Shown here: positions 32,488 through 42,997 of the stretch, one piece after another | Layout: every line of letters starts with the position of its first letter | Numbering within the stretch: the stretch's first letter is position 1 | Assembly: GCA_963749655.1 (NCBI GenBank) | Contig: CAVVOB010000012.1 | Coordinates: 205,502-269,501 of the forward strand | Length of the DNA stretch: 64,000 nucleotides | Direction: 5' to 3' | From: Nitrospirota bacterium | Lineage (GTDB): Bacteria > Nitrospirota > UBA9217 | Made by a program: the position numbers and the translations under genes | The notes under the pieces: generated by a model | What the model was told of the DNA's origin: nothing | What the model saw: only the letters and a program-made list of their open reading frames with translations | The model's database searches: none

Positions 32488-32573
32488 AGCTTAAGATTCT
32501 ACAGTATTTGCAGATTCGACGCACTTTGCAGCATAAATATTTTTGCTTTGCCTACATCAAAAAGATTGTAACG

Positions 32574-32602
32574 TTGACAGCTCCTCCGTGTTCTGATACG
32601 CT
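32574..32602 (+). promoter_or_regulatory. sigma-70-type promoter of tlyA
   Basis: TTGACA-17 nt-TACGCT with extended TGn. Confidence 0.6.
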
Positions 32603-32631
32603 TCATGGTGAAGGATCGTTCATCCCCACCC

Positions 32632-33393
32632 ATGTCCACCAGCGATAAACAAAAACCGAAAAAGATCAGACTCGACCGGCTCCTTGCGGAGCGGGGCCTT
32701 GCGGCAAGCAGGGAGCGGGCGCAGGCGCTGATAGTAGCCGGCCAGGTGCTCGTGAACGGACAGAAGCAGGACAAGGCCGGTTCGCCTGTTGCCGGAGACG
32801 CAGACATCCGGATCCTCGGCGAGCAACTCCCCTATGTGAGCCGCGGCGGATTGAAGCTTGAAAAGGCGCTGCAGGAATTTCGCGTGAATGTCGAAGGCAA
32901 GGTTGCCGTGGACATCGGCGCGTCGACGGGCGGGTTCACGGACTGCCTGCTCCAGCACGGTTGCGCGAAAGTCTATGCCGTCGATGTGGGCTACGGCCAG
33001 ATCGCATGGAAACTCAGGCAGGACCCCCGCGTCACGGTTATTGAGCGGACCAACATCCGCACGATGGATCCGTCGCTCATTCCCGAGGCAGCGGACATCA
33101 CGGTCATCGACGTTTCCTTCATTTCCCTTGATAAAGTGATCCCCTCTGCGCTCATGTTCCTGAAGCCGGAAGGCGAGATCATCGCGCTCATCAAACCCCA
33201 GTTCGAGGTGGGCAGGGAACAGGTGGGCAAGGGCGGCATCGTGCGGGACGAGGCGGCGCGGGATGCGGCAGTCGGAAAAGTCGCCGAGTTCGCGGCCGAC
33301 CTCGGCATGGAGGTGCGGGGCATCGTCCCTTCGCCGATCACCGGTCAGGACGGAAATGTCGAGTATTTAATTCATGCGATATGCCGGCCCTAA
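32632..33393 (+). CDS. tlyA: TlyA-family rRNA 2'-O-methyltransferase
   Basis: S4 domain RLDRLL, YVSRGGLKL, DIGASTGGFTD, DVSFISL, IKPQFE. Confidence 0.95.
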   Translation: MSTSDKQKPKKIRLDRLLAERGLAASRERAQALIVAGQVLVNGQKQDKAGSPVAGDADIRILGEQLPYVSRGGLKLEKALQEFRVNVEGKVAVDIGASTGGFTDCLLQHGCAKVYAVDVGYGQIAWKLRQDPRVTVIERTNIRTMDPSLIPEAADITVIDVSFISLDKVIPSALMFLKPEGEIIALIKPQFEVGREQVGKGGIVRDEAARDAAVGKVAEFAADLGMEVRGIVPSPITGQDGNVEYLIHAICRP

Positions 33394-33667
33394 GTCCCTC
33401 CATTCTGTAAATAGCAGATGCCTTCAAATATCTCATCGCTGTCCTTTGGCAGATGTCCTGGCCAGGCGGATATGAGCGACAGAGCAGGGGCGGCGGGGCG
33501 GCAAACGCCATATACGATCGCTGCCAGCCGGGATTATTCAAAATATGACCTGTCAGGCGTGCAGCAGCTTCGCGGACCGGTAACGGCACCGCGAAATTCG
33601 GATCATCGGTTTGTCAGAATATGTCTTACACGCGGAGGATAGAAAACCGGCAGTCGAACTCCACTAT

Positions 33668-33696
33668 TTGACAATTCTTCATCCCTGCGGTATCGT
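33668..33696 (+). promoter_or_regulatory. sigma-70-type promoter
   Basis: TTGACA-17 nt-TATCGT. Confidence 0.55.
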
Positions 33697-33812
33697 TAAT
33701 CATCAGCACACATGGCATGCAGCAAGCGGCAAAAAACTGCATGTTCCCTCCTTTTTATCAAACGGAATGCTCTGCAAAGGTTCACTGCCTCGCTGCCTGA
33801 GGGGGATGCTTT

Positions 33813-35318
33813 ATGAACTGCTCTGTGCCAGTTTACGCTCATTCCTCCGCACTATCGCGGTTCATGAACGCCCTTCACCGTCTCGGTGAGCTCCTGGGGA
33901 GCGGCGATCAGCAAGCAACATCGCCGTTGAAGGACCGCAATTTTCTGTTCAAAACCATACTTGATTCGATCAGCGACGCGGTCCTCGTCGTTGGACTGGA
34001 TCGCCGCATCGTGTTTGCCAACCCCGCCTCATGCGTGTTCTTCGGCTACAGCATGGAAGAGCTGCATGGACAAACCACCGAAATGATCTATCCCGATCGG
34101 GAGTCTTATGAAAAGGCCGCCGAAGAACCCTGCGCATCCCTGCTGCAGGGGAAGCGCCTCCTCATGGAGTTCGCGTTCAAGCGGAGGGACGGCGGCGTTT
34201 TCGAAGCGGAAACGCTCGGCGCTGTGCTGCGTGACCTGCGCGGAGCGCCCGTCGGCTTTCTTGCCATGATCCGCGATATTACGGAGAGAAAAAGATTGGA
34301 ATCGGCGCTTTGGCGGAGCGTGGAACATTACCGGGATCTCCTCTCAGCCATCGAAGCACGGCACCTTATCTATACCCATGACGCGAACGGAAACTTCACG
34401 TACCTCAGTTCCTTGGTGGGTGCAATACTGGGGTATTCGCCGGAAGAGTTCATGACGCACTTCAGCAGGTTCATGACGGACCATCCGGCCAACGCCGAAG
34501 CCGTCAAGCGGACGGCGCTCAGCATGCGGGGAGAGCAGCAGCCTGCCTATGAAGTCCAGATCTTTCATAAGAACGGCGAGCGCCGGTGGTTCGAGGTCGT
34601 CGAAACTCCCCTCCGGGGGCCCGACGGCACCATCGTTGCAGTTCATGGCATCGGGCTCGACTGCACCGACCGTAAACGCAGCGAGGAGCTGTTGATCGAG
34701 AGCGAAACGCGCTTCAGGAACATTTTCGAGTCGGCCCCAATCGGAATGCACATGTACGAGCTCCGTGCCGACGGCAGGCTGGTCTTCATCTGCGCCAATC
34801 CGGCCGCCGACCGGATTCTGGGTGTCGATAACAGCGCCTTTATCGGAAAGACTATTGAAGAGGCGTTTCCTCCCTTGGCGGGAACGGAGATCCCGGACCG
34901 GTATCGCGAGGCAGCGTCCGCGGGAACTTCCTGGCGTTCCGATAATGTGCAGTACGAGAACGGACTGATCCGGGGGGCCTACGAAGTCGCTGCCTTCCAG
35001 ACATCGCCCGGGATCATGGTCGCGGCCTTCATGGACATCACCGAGCGGAGGAGAAGAGAGGAGGAACTCGGACGTCTGAATGCGGAATTGCGGGAAGCCT
35101 CCGAGAAGGTCCGGGTTCTCAAGGGTCTGCTGCCGATCTGTTCATACTGCAAACGGATCAGGGACGACAACGGCAATTGGGAGCAGATCGAGTGGTACAT
35201 CAAAACGCGTTCCCAGGCCGAGTTCAGTCACGGCATCTGCCCGGAGTGTATGAAGAAGAGGTTCCCTCCCGGTCCGCTCTCGATCCAGGACCACGAAGAT
35301 GACGACGATCGTTCGTGA
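33813..35318 (+). CDS. three-PAS protein with C-terminal Cys-rich domain
   Basis: DITE/DCTD/DITE PAC ends; LLPICSYCKRIRDDNGNW...SHGICPEC. Confidence 0.85.
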   Translation: MNCSVPVYAHSSALSRFMNALHRLGELLGSGDQQATSPLKDRNFLFKTILDSISDAVLVVGLDRRIVFANPASCVFFGYSMEELHGQTTEMIYPDRESYEKAAEEPCASLLQGKRLLMEFAFKRRDGGVFEAETLGAVLRDLRGAPVGFLAMIRDITERKRLESALWRSVEHYRDLLSAIEARHLIYTHDANGNFTYLSSLVGAILGYSPEEFMTHFSRFMTDHPANAEAVKRTALSMRGEQQPAYEVQIFHKNGERRWFEVVETPLRGPDGTIVAVHGIGLDCTDRKRSEELLIESETRFRNIFESAPIGMHMYELRADGRLVFICANPAADRILGVDNSAFIGKTIEEAFPPLAGTEIPDRYREAASAGTSWRSDNVQYENGLIRGAYEVAAFQTSPGIMVAAFMDITERRRREEELGRLNAELREASEKVRVLKGLLPICSYCKRIRDDNGNWEQIEWYIKTRSQAEFSHGICPECMKKRFPPGPLSIQDHEDDDDRS

Positions 35319-35460
35319 TCAACGTGACGCTTCGCATTCTCGCGTTGTAAAGCGCAACGACCCCGTCGTTCCTGATCAACAAAAATTGGGAGCTGGAGAC
35401 GCCCGAACTCGCGGATCCCTGTCGAGATCCCGCCGTTCGGGTGCTCCGCAAGACATGTTC

Positions 35461-35489
35461 TTGACAAAAGCCCGCCAAAGTTTTACTCT
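35461..35489 (+). promoter_or_regulatory. sigma-70-type promoter of REC-lpxC
   Basis: TTGACA-17 nt-TACTCT. Confidence 0.6.
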
Positions 35490-35531
35490 ATCTTCACTTT
35501 AGACCGTACCGCCCGTCAGGAATAATTTATT

Positions 35532-36860
35532 ATGAACCCTATCTGTATCGTAGACGACGAAGCATCCATCTGTACCACCGTTGCAGGCATCCTGAAAGAC
35601 GAAGGGTATGAGTCCGCCATCTTTCCCGATGCCGAGAGTCTGTGGCAGAAGCTCGACACCCTGGAGCCCTCGCTCGTTCTTCTGGATATCTGGCTTCCGG
35701 GCATAGACGGCATGCAGCTCCTGAAGCGGCTGCATGAACGGTTCCCCGCGGTCCCCGTCATTATGATGAGCGGTCATGCGGGCATCGATGCGGCGGTAGC
35801 GGCGATAAAAGCCGGGGCCTTCGATTTTCTGGAAAAGCCCCTGCACCTCGAGGTCCTGCTCGACAAGGTGGCGTCCGCCCTGAAACACCGGCCCGCGGGC
35901 CGGAGCGTGGAGCTGCCGTCGGATACGAGGCTCGAGATAGCCAACGCCGATCTTTCGATCCCTCCCGGCACCGTGGAAGTGATGGATTCCCGCGAGCCCC
36001 AGCGCACGCTCAGGGGAAACGTGGTCCTGAACGGCATCGGACTCCTGAGCGGCAGGAATACGGGCATCATCCTGAGCCCCCTCGGCGCCAACGAAGGGAT
36101 CGTCTTTCAGACCCTTGACGGCCAGACCATCCGCGGGCATATCACCTCGCTCGAGGATTTCGCGCGCGGCGGCCCGTCGAAGACCTTCTCGGCCAACTCC
36201 ACGACGCTGGACAACGGCAGGCGGCGCGTGCGCACCGTCGAGCACCTCATGGCGGTCCTTTCCATGTACGGCATCACCAACGTGCTCATCAAGGTCAACG
36301 ACGAGATCCCGAACATCGACGGCTCGGCCAAGGACTTCTGCGACCTCATCGAGGAAGCGGGGATCGAAGAGCAGTCCGGCTTCACCAAAGTCGCCGTCAT
36401 CCGCCGGAAGATCGGCGTGGGAAACGAGGCCAGGCATGAAAAGCATCTCTTTGCCGAGCCTTACGAGGGGTTCGAGGTATCGATGCGGGTGGATTACCCT
36501 GCGCCCATAGGCGAACAGACGCTCTCGTTCAATCCTGAACAGGGGTCTTTTGTAAAGGATATCGCCCCCGCCCGCTCTTTCAATACGTTCGAGAACATCG
36601 AAATGGCGCAGAAGCTGGGCAAGGTCGGCGGCGGGTATCTCCATTCCCACATCATCATGTACGAAGGCAAGGTCATCAACACCGAGCTCCGGTATCCCGA
36701 CGAATTCGTACGCCATAAGATACTGGACCTGATCGGCGACCTCTACCTCCTCGGCCTGCCCATCCGGGGACGCATCACCGCCAACATGACCTCCCACGGC
36801 TTCAACCAGGCCCTGGTGCAGCGCCTGTACCAGGCCATCCAGAACAATTCCGGAAGATGA
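35532..36860 (+). CDS. lpxC: receiver domain fused to UDP-3-O-acyl-GlcNAc deacetylase
   Basis: REC: VDDE, LDIWLPG, SGH, EKP; LpxC: QRTL, TVEHLM, IAPARSF, RHKILDLIGDL; one uninterrupted frame. Confidence 0.9.
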   Translation: MNPICIVDDEASICTTVAGILKDEGYESAIFPDAESLWQKLDTLEPSLVLLDIWLPGIDGMQLLKRLHERFPAVPVIMMSGHAGIDAAVAAIKAGAFDFLEKPLHLEVLLDKVASALKHRPAGRSVELPSDTRLEIANADLSIPPGTVEVMDSREPQRTLRGNVVLNGIGLLSGRNTGIILSPLGANEGIVFQTLDGQTIRGHITSLEDFARGGPSKTFSANSTTLDNGRRRVRTVEHLMAVLSMYGITNVLIKVNDEIPNIDGSAKDFCDLIEEAGIEEQSGFTKVAVIRRKIGVGNEARHEKHLFAEPYEGFEVSMRVDYPAPIGEQTLSFNPEQGSFVKDIAPARSFNTFENIEMAQKLGKVGGGYLHSHIIMYEGKVINTELRYPDEFVRHKILDLIGDLYLLGLPIRGRITANMTSHGFNQALVQRLYQAIQNNSGR

Positions 36861-36914
36861 AGCACGGTGTGCGCCGGACAGGCTACCCGGTCCCTTCGCT
36901 CAAGCATTGATCCC

Positions 36915-37115
36915 TTATGATTTCCCGGCCCACCGCTTTTTCCCCCGTCCTGGTCCTGTCTTTCCCGCATCCCCCGCAGCGTTCAGTATCTGCCAGAGTT
37001 CATCGAGGTTGGAGAAAGCACGCTTCCCGTCCACGCCCACTTTTTCCACGAGGCCGACGAGCATGCGGGGATCGTCCTTCTCCCTCCGGTAAATGCGTAC
37101 GATGTAGTTGTCCAT
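36915..37115 (-). CDS. small hypothetical protein
   Basis: MDNYIVRIYRR...LVGLVE..G..GKRAFSNLDELWQIL; co-oriented with upstream genes. Confidence 0.7.
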   Translation of the reverse strand: MDNYIVRIYRREKDDPRMLVGLVEKVGVDGKRAFSNLDELWQILNAAGDAGKTGPGRGKKRWAGKS

Positions 37116-37151
37116 GGGCTGCCGCCATTCTGCTCTGCTGCAATGCAACCT

Positions 37152-37574
37152 TTATTTTTGTGCTGCACGTTCCACGGCATCAAGGTACTGGTTGATGGCC
37201 TTCCTGGTGACGTTGGCGACGATCCAGCCGGTGCCGGGAATTTTCGGCGTGAACTCGACGTTCCACCGGACTTCCGTTGATGAGCCATTCGACGCAAACT
37301 CAGCTCTTGCATGATGGTCCTTCATGGGCGCGCCGGAAAGGATCCGGTAGGTGAACGATTTGCCGGCCGGGTCCACGGACTCGAGCTTTTCGCGTACGCG
37401 TACTTTGCCGATGGTAATCGTACGGATGGCGCCGGTTCCGTGGGAATGGGCATCGCCCCTGTCTTCAACATCGACGGTAATTCCGCCTCCCGGAGAGGCT
37501 GTAAAATCTGCGGCTATGCTCCAGACGGTACTGACCGGCGCATCGACTTTCCTGGTCATCGTGAATGTTTTCAT
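37152..37574 (-). CDS. SRPBCC (polyketide cyclase/START-like) family protein
   Basis: VDAPVSTVWS, GTGAIRTI, REKLES.D...FTYRI. Confidence 0.85.
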   Translation of the reverse strand: MKTFTMTRKVDAPVSTVWSIAADFTASPGGGITVDVEDRGDAHSHGTGAIRTITIGKVRVREKLESVDPAGKSFTYRILSGAPMKDHHARAEFASNGSSTEVRWNVEFTPKIPGTGWIVANVTRKAINQYLDAVERAAQK

Positions 37575-37609
37575 AAATGCTCCTTGCCCTTTTTTCTCCA
37601 ATCCGTTAT

Positions 37610-38014
37610 TTATTGAAGAATCTCCTTCGCTCCCTGCCTGGCCCAGAGCAGAAGGACGAAAAGCGAAATGTTGATGAAGCACGGCGTCATGTGGAACCAG
37701 AGGGCGGAGGTTGAGTTGTCGAAGATCTTCGAATACCCGATCCCGAGCCCCACGAGCAATGCCGACGTTATTGCTATCGTCATAAAGACATTTTGCCCTG
37801 CAGGATTGCGATAGACCTGGAGCGCGCCGATTGCCAGCGCAAGCAGCGGCCCGCCTGCCCAGCGGATCCAGCTCAAGCCCAGCGGATCCGGACTCCCGGA
37901 CATCGCGAATACCACCGCGGGTAGAAAGAGGAACAAGATGCCGTAAAACAAATGAGTGAGGATGTAGATGACCAGTACGCCTTTCAATTTGCTGATTCCC
38001 TTGTCCTGTGACAT
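37610..38014 (-). CDS. four-helix membrane protein
   Basis: 134 aa, four hydrophobic segments; AGGAGG RBS. Confidence 0.75.
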   Translation of the reverse strand: MSQDKGISKLKGVLVIYILTHLFYGILFLFLPAVVFAMSGSPDPLGLSWIRWAGGPLLALAIGALQVYRNPAGQNVFMTIAITSALLVGLGIGYSKIFDNSTSALWFHMTPCFINISLFVLLLWARQGAKEILQ

Positions 38015-38265
38015 GGTAAAGCCTCCTTTGTGTGATGTAGTTGCATCCGTCTTTTGCTTGTGCGGTCAGACTACCACGCAGGAGGTTACGGATCGGATAC
38101 TTATGGGGGGAAATATTGCCTTGAAAAGGGGGGCCTCCGGCGGGAACCGGGGGTCGCAGGATCGTTGGATCCGAATTCAGGAAGACGCCGCATCTTGCGG
38201 ATTGCCGTATCGGGTTGCCGGGTCTCCGCGCGGCCGGATGGACGAAGACGGGAAGAGAATGCGGA

Positions 38266-41200
38266 CTACGGTCCGGCAATGCTGTTGTATATGCCCTTTG
38301 TTTCCTCTGAGGGCTCGACCCCGAAGGCTGCCGACAGCGCCGTCTTGCAGCGGCGATAAACCTTCATGACCTCCGCCCGTGAACCCGCCTGCTGATGACA
38401 GAGCATGAGATTCTGATAAAATTCTTCCGCCACTTCATCCACTTCCAGCCCCCGTTCATAGCACTCGATCGCTTTGCGGATAGCTGATTGCCGGTTTCGG
38501 ATTGCCGCGTGCGCGTTGTCTTCCCCTTTCGAGCTACCCTGCTCCAGCCAGTAAGCGCCGAGCGTGCTCACCGCGCGGAGATACTTGCTGCGCAGACGCT
38601 CCCTGGCCGACATTGTCCACGGTTTTTCTTCGTCTGCCTCCAGGAAATGGCCGCGATAGAGCCGGAGCGCTCTTTCGAGCTGCTGCAGCACTTCGGATTT
38701 CGGAATCCGGACAGTGGATGTATGCCCGCAGTCCCTTGCCTCTGCTTTGTTTGTATATTCCGCATTCCGCAATACGCATTCCGCAAATTCGAGCTGCTTC
38801 TCGAAGGCCCATGCGTCCACCCGGCAAAATCGCCGATCAAGACTCAGTCTCCCCTCGCGGAGCCGGGTCACGTCGTCATTCCCCAGCAGCTGCCGCAGGC
38901 GGTGGAGCGTGGTCTTGAATGAAATGCGGGCGGCGTCTCCCTCCGCCTCGGGCCAGAGCGCGTCGATGATGCGCTCTTCGGATACATCGCGACCGCCGAA
39001 CGCGATGACCGCCTTCAGCATCTCCAGGGGCTTCTTCTGGACCTTGCCGCTGAAGGAAACCGGCTCGTCCCGCAGCAGGAGCCTGAATTCGCCAAGCGTC
39101 TCGATCCTTACCGGCCAGGGCCAGCTTTCAATGTGGAGGGGCGGCTCTTCGGGAACGAGATTGCGCTTGCGGATCAGATCCCGCACGAATTCCGTTTCGA
39201 TCCCGGCTTCGAGCGCCTTCATGCACAGGGGGGTTATCTCCTGTGAAATCCAGAGGGTATAATTGAACTGGGCGAACCCCTTTTTTCGTCCCAGCGCCAT
39301 GGCGTCGCGCAAACGGCGCATACCGGCCGCTTCCCGATGCTCTGCGAAATCCGTGCCCGCCTCTGAGAGGAGGCAGAAAAATTCAACGAGATCGCTTTTC
39401 ACGTCCTGCCCGATCCGGCGGCATGCGGCGGTCTGCGCCCTGGCCTGCGCATGCTTTCCTGTCGCGCGCAGCAAATGCGCCAAAGCGAGCCCGCTCTTGA
39501 CCTGGGCGCCCAGGAAGCCGATCCGCTGCGCGAGATCGTTCGCCGTCGCGGCGACAGACAGGGCGCGGGGAATGTCGCCTTCATGCGCGTAGTGGCAGGC
39601 CAGCATGAGGTGATAGTAGAACTTGTCGAGAGGGCGGCCCTGTTCCAGCGCAGAGGACATGGTTTCCAGGAGCTTCTCGGATTCGGCGAGGTTCCCCGAG
39701 GAAAGAGAAGCGCATACGCCCATGGTGAGGATCAGGTAATCCCAGCGGTGGACGCCGCTTTCCCTCGATATCTTCAATCCTTCATGCATGAGCGACATGC
39801 ACCGGTCGTAGGAACAGACCGCCCATGCGAACCAGGCGTCCGCCATCTTCCCCATGCACTGCGCAAGCGGCGACACGCTGCGGCTCGACGCCAGCAAGCG
39901 CCTGACGGCTCCCAGGGCATGCTCGCACATCGTCCGGTCTCCCGCCTGGATGAAATGGGTGAACAGATAGTATCCCGTCAGCAGCCGCAGGCTCGGGTCT
40001 GCGGCGCCGTCGTTGAGAAGCGCCAGCGCCTTTTCCTTCCACAGGTCGAAGGACGGGTGCCGCGGTTGGCGGAGTGAAAGCGCCATGAAGATGCGGCTCG
40101 TGACATGTCCCTCCGTCTGCGGGGACGGGAACAGGGGGTATTCCTTCATCAGATCGCCGAGCAGCGCGATCCAGGCGTCCAGCTGGCCGAGGTCCCCCAA
40201 TTCCTGGATGATGGACTCCGTGACGCCAGACCAGGCGAGAAAGATCCCGAGGCGTCGCGGCGCTTTTTGAAAAGCTCGAAGGCTTTTTCAAAGCATCGAC
40301 GTCCCTCCCGAAGGTCGAAGGGCATCCTGCACACGCCCAACCAGTACGTCATCCACGGCTCTCCGCCGATGACCTCGTCGGGAACGGACGTGAGGTGCGC
40401 CTCGAGCGCACGGCTCCTTCCCTGGGACACCAGGACCCGTGCGATCGCAAGGACCGTCGGTACAAAGCTCTTCCACGCTCCCGCCAGCCGGTACAGTTCC
40501 ACCGCGTCCTCGGGCTGTCCTTCACGCTCGAGGAGCTTCCCTGCCTTTTGGAGGAGCTCCTCTATCTGCTCGGTGGAATAGGTCTGCCGCGCCCTGGCCT
40601 GGAGGAATTCCCTGAAGAGGGGGTGGTACTGATATACCGGATGGGGGAGGGAGCGCTGCTCCGTGAAAAAGTGGTTGCGGCTGAGCGTTGCAAGAACGGC
40701 TCCCGCGTCATCCCTGCCTGTCAGGGCCGACGCCGAGGGAGGAAAAATGCGCGGCAGGAAGGCGGTTTTGAGAAGGAAGGACCGTGTTTCCGGGTCCGTC
40801 TTTTCGAACAGCTCGGTTGCAAAGTAGTCGAAGAACTCCTGGGGGTTGAAACGGTCCATATCCATGGGAGCTCCGGCGAGCGTCCTCATCCGTTCCATCA
40901 GAAGCATGAGGCCTGCCGCCCAGCCCAGGGTCGTCTGCTGAATGCGGGTCAGAAGCTCCACCTTGAGCCCGCTCCGGCGGCCGGACCTGAAGAGCGCCCC
41001 GGTCTCGTTCATGTCGAACTTGAGATCCTCCCATCCGATGCCGTGGACCTTATTGTAGGTCTGCAGGACCGCCAGTGCAGGCGGAGGCGCGCCGCGGCTC
41101 ATGATCACGACCGAGATGCCCTCGGGAACGACGGACAGCGCTTCGCGGATCATGTCATGAAAGGGAGCGTCGTCGGCGATATGGTGATAATTGTCGAGAA

Positions 41201-41582
41201 CGATCGCATGGGGCGGCTTCAGGCGTGAGAAGAGATTTTCGAAATAGCGTTTCGTGAAGGCGGGTACGGCGCGCAGGTACTCCGGAGTGAGCAGCGGAAG
41301 GGGCGTCCGGTGGCGTGGCGCAGCTTTCTTTGCAGCAAGGCCGAGATAATAGAAGAACGACGCGATGTCTCCGTCACCTTCGTCGAGGTGGTACCAGAGG
41401 CAGGGACGCTTTCGGGCCTCGATCCAACTGGCGACGAGCGTCGTTTTTCCCGATCCCCCGGGGCCGGCGACCCAGGTGAGCGGATGCATGCTGCCTTTAT
41501 CGAGAAGGGTGAACAGACGGGTTCGCGGATAGACGGTCGACAGTCGCGGGCGGGTGATTTTGGCTATGGCTGTCTGAGGCAT
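38266..41582 (-). CDS. MalT-like STAND NTPase/TPR regulator with C-terminal winged-helix and BTAD (frameshift near 40240)
   Basis: AKITRP..YPRTRL, GPGGSGKT, VLDNYH, YHPLFREFL, IETLGEF, LWPEAEGD, LHRLRQLL, EEFYQNLM. Confidence 0.88.
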
Positions 41583-41799
41583 CGCAACTCACCTGCATAC
41601 CAGCTTGAACATGCCTGTTTGGACAGGACGCCATTACGGGTAAAGCGAAGAAGCGACTCTAATGATGGGGATCTTTGGTGCACTCAAGAACGGTTGAAGC
41701 GGCTCTCTATATGAATACTATACCCAGATTGTTTACTGGTGGCAACATTTTTTTGCAGAAAAGAGCATAGCGATTTAATCCTTAGGCATACATCGATAA

Positions 41800-42031
41800 A
41801 CCTGAAAAGAGCATGTAACCACGGATTAACACGGATAAACACGGGCAGGCTTCTGGGCTGCTTCAGGCTTGCATCGTGAATCACTCGGTAAGGTCTGGTT
41901 CAATCAGCATGATCGAACCAGCGAAAAAAACGAAGAGCTGTTTGGTTGAACCTGTCTGTGAGTAAGAGTCATTGTTCAAGAATCTTAACCGTGTTCATCC
42001 GTGGTTACAATTACTGTCTTTCTTTTCAGGT
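41800..42031. mobile_element. MITE-like element with nested terminal inverted repeats
   Basis: Outer perfect IR ACCTGAAAAGA (41800-41810)/TCTTTTCAGGT (42021-42031); inner GTAACCACGGATTAACACGG/CCGTGTTCATCCGTGGTTAC. Confidence 0.7.
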
Positions 42032-42232
42032 GTCGGCCGGACATTACCCCGTCATCCGTCCTCGCGAACTTCTGTTAGTTAGTTTTTCCTGAAATGCGCT
42101 CTTATTGTTTCTGCCTGCCACGTGTATTTCCCATCTTGAAACATATCTTCTCACACTCTTGCTATAATTGAACAGGAAAGAAGGCGAACCTTAGATCAAC
42201 CTTAAATGGTCCGAATAGGGGGAGCGGCCTTC

Positions 42233-42937
42233 ATGGGAATTGCGAGCCGAAGATTTGAGCGGGTTATTTTGAAAAAAGAGGTGCTGATCAACGGCTCCTT
42301 CAGAGCGCAGGGGCTCGATCTGAGCGTTGGCGGAATGTTCGTGCAGACGGGGCGCAGTTTTGCCATCGGCTCCGACGTTATGGTGACGCTGCCGCTGGAC
42401 GGAAAGTTCATCAACGCTCACGCACGCGTTCAAAATTCACAGCAGTCCCTGGGAATAGGGATCATGTTCATCGATCTTAGTCTTGAGCAAAAGCTCGATA
42501 TCGAGGCATATGTCGCTACCGTTGCGGAAAAGATAGCGGACACGAACACGGGAAAAAGGACTATATTGCTCGTTGACGACAATGAAGCGGCGCGGCGCAT
42601 GAATAGGGGCAGGCTGACGCTTGACGGCTACGCTGTTCTGGAGGCGAAAGACGGCATTGAGGCCCTGAACATGCTTGCAAAAGAAAAAGTTGATCTCCTG
42701 GTCCTCGATTTGTACATGGAACGGCTCGATGGATATAAGGTGCTGTCGATCGTGCGGGAGAAACCGGAATGGAAGGAAATACCTGTGCTGGTTCTTTCGG
42801 CGAGGAGTTCAGCCAACGAGGTCGATAAGGCTATCCTGGCCGGGGCCACGGAATTTCTCATGAAGATGACGACATCGCCGGTCAAGCTGAGCCAGCGAAT
42901 CAGCAACTACCTGACGCGCAGAAAGCCGCCTTTTTGA
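42233..42937 (+). CDS. PilZ-receiver domain protein
   Basis: RRFER and DLSVGG PilZ motifs; REC VDDN, LDLYM. Confidence 0.88.
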   Translation: MGIASRRFERVILKKEVLINGSFRAQGLDLSVGGMFVQTGRSFAIGSDVMVTLPLDGKFINAHARVQNSQQSLGIGIMFIDLSLEQKLDIEAYVATVAEKIADTNTGKRTILLVDDNEAARRMNRGRLTLDGYAVLEAKDGIEALNMLAKEKVDLLVLDLYMERLDGYKVLSIVREKPEWKEIPVLVLSARSSANEVDKAILAGATEFLMKMTTSPVKLSQRISNYLTRRKPPF

Positions 42938-42997
42938 TTAAGAATAGTTGATGATCTTGATGTTCATTCCGAATTCCGCATTCCGAATCCCTCATTT

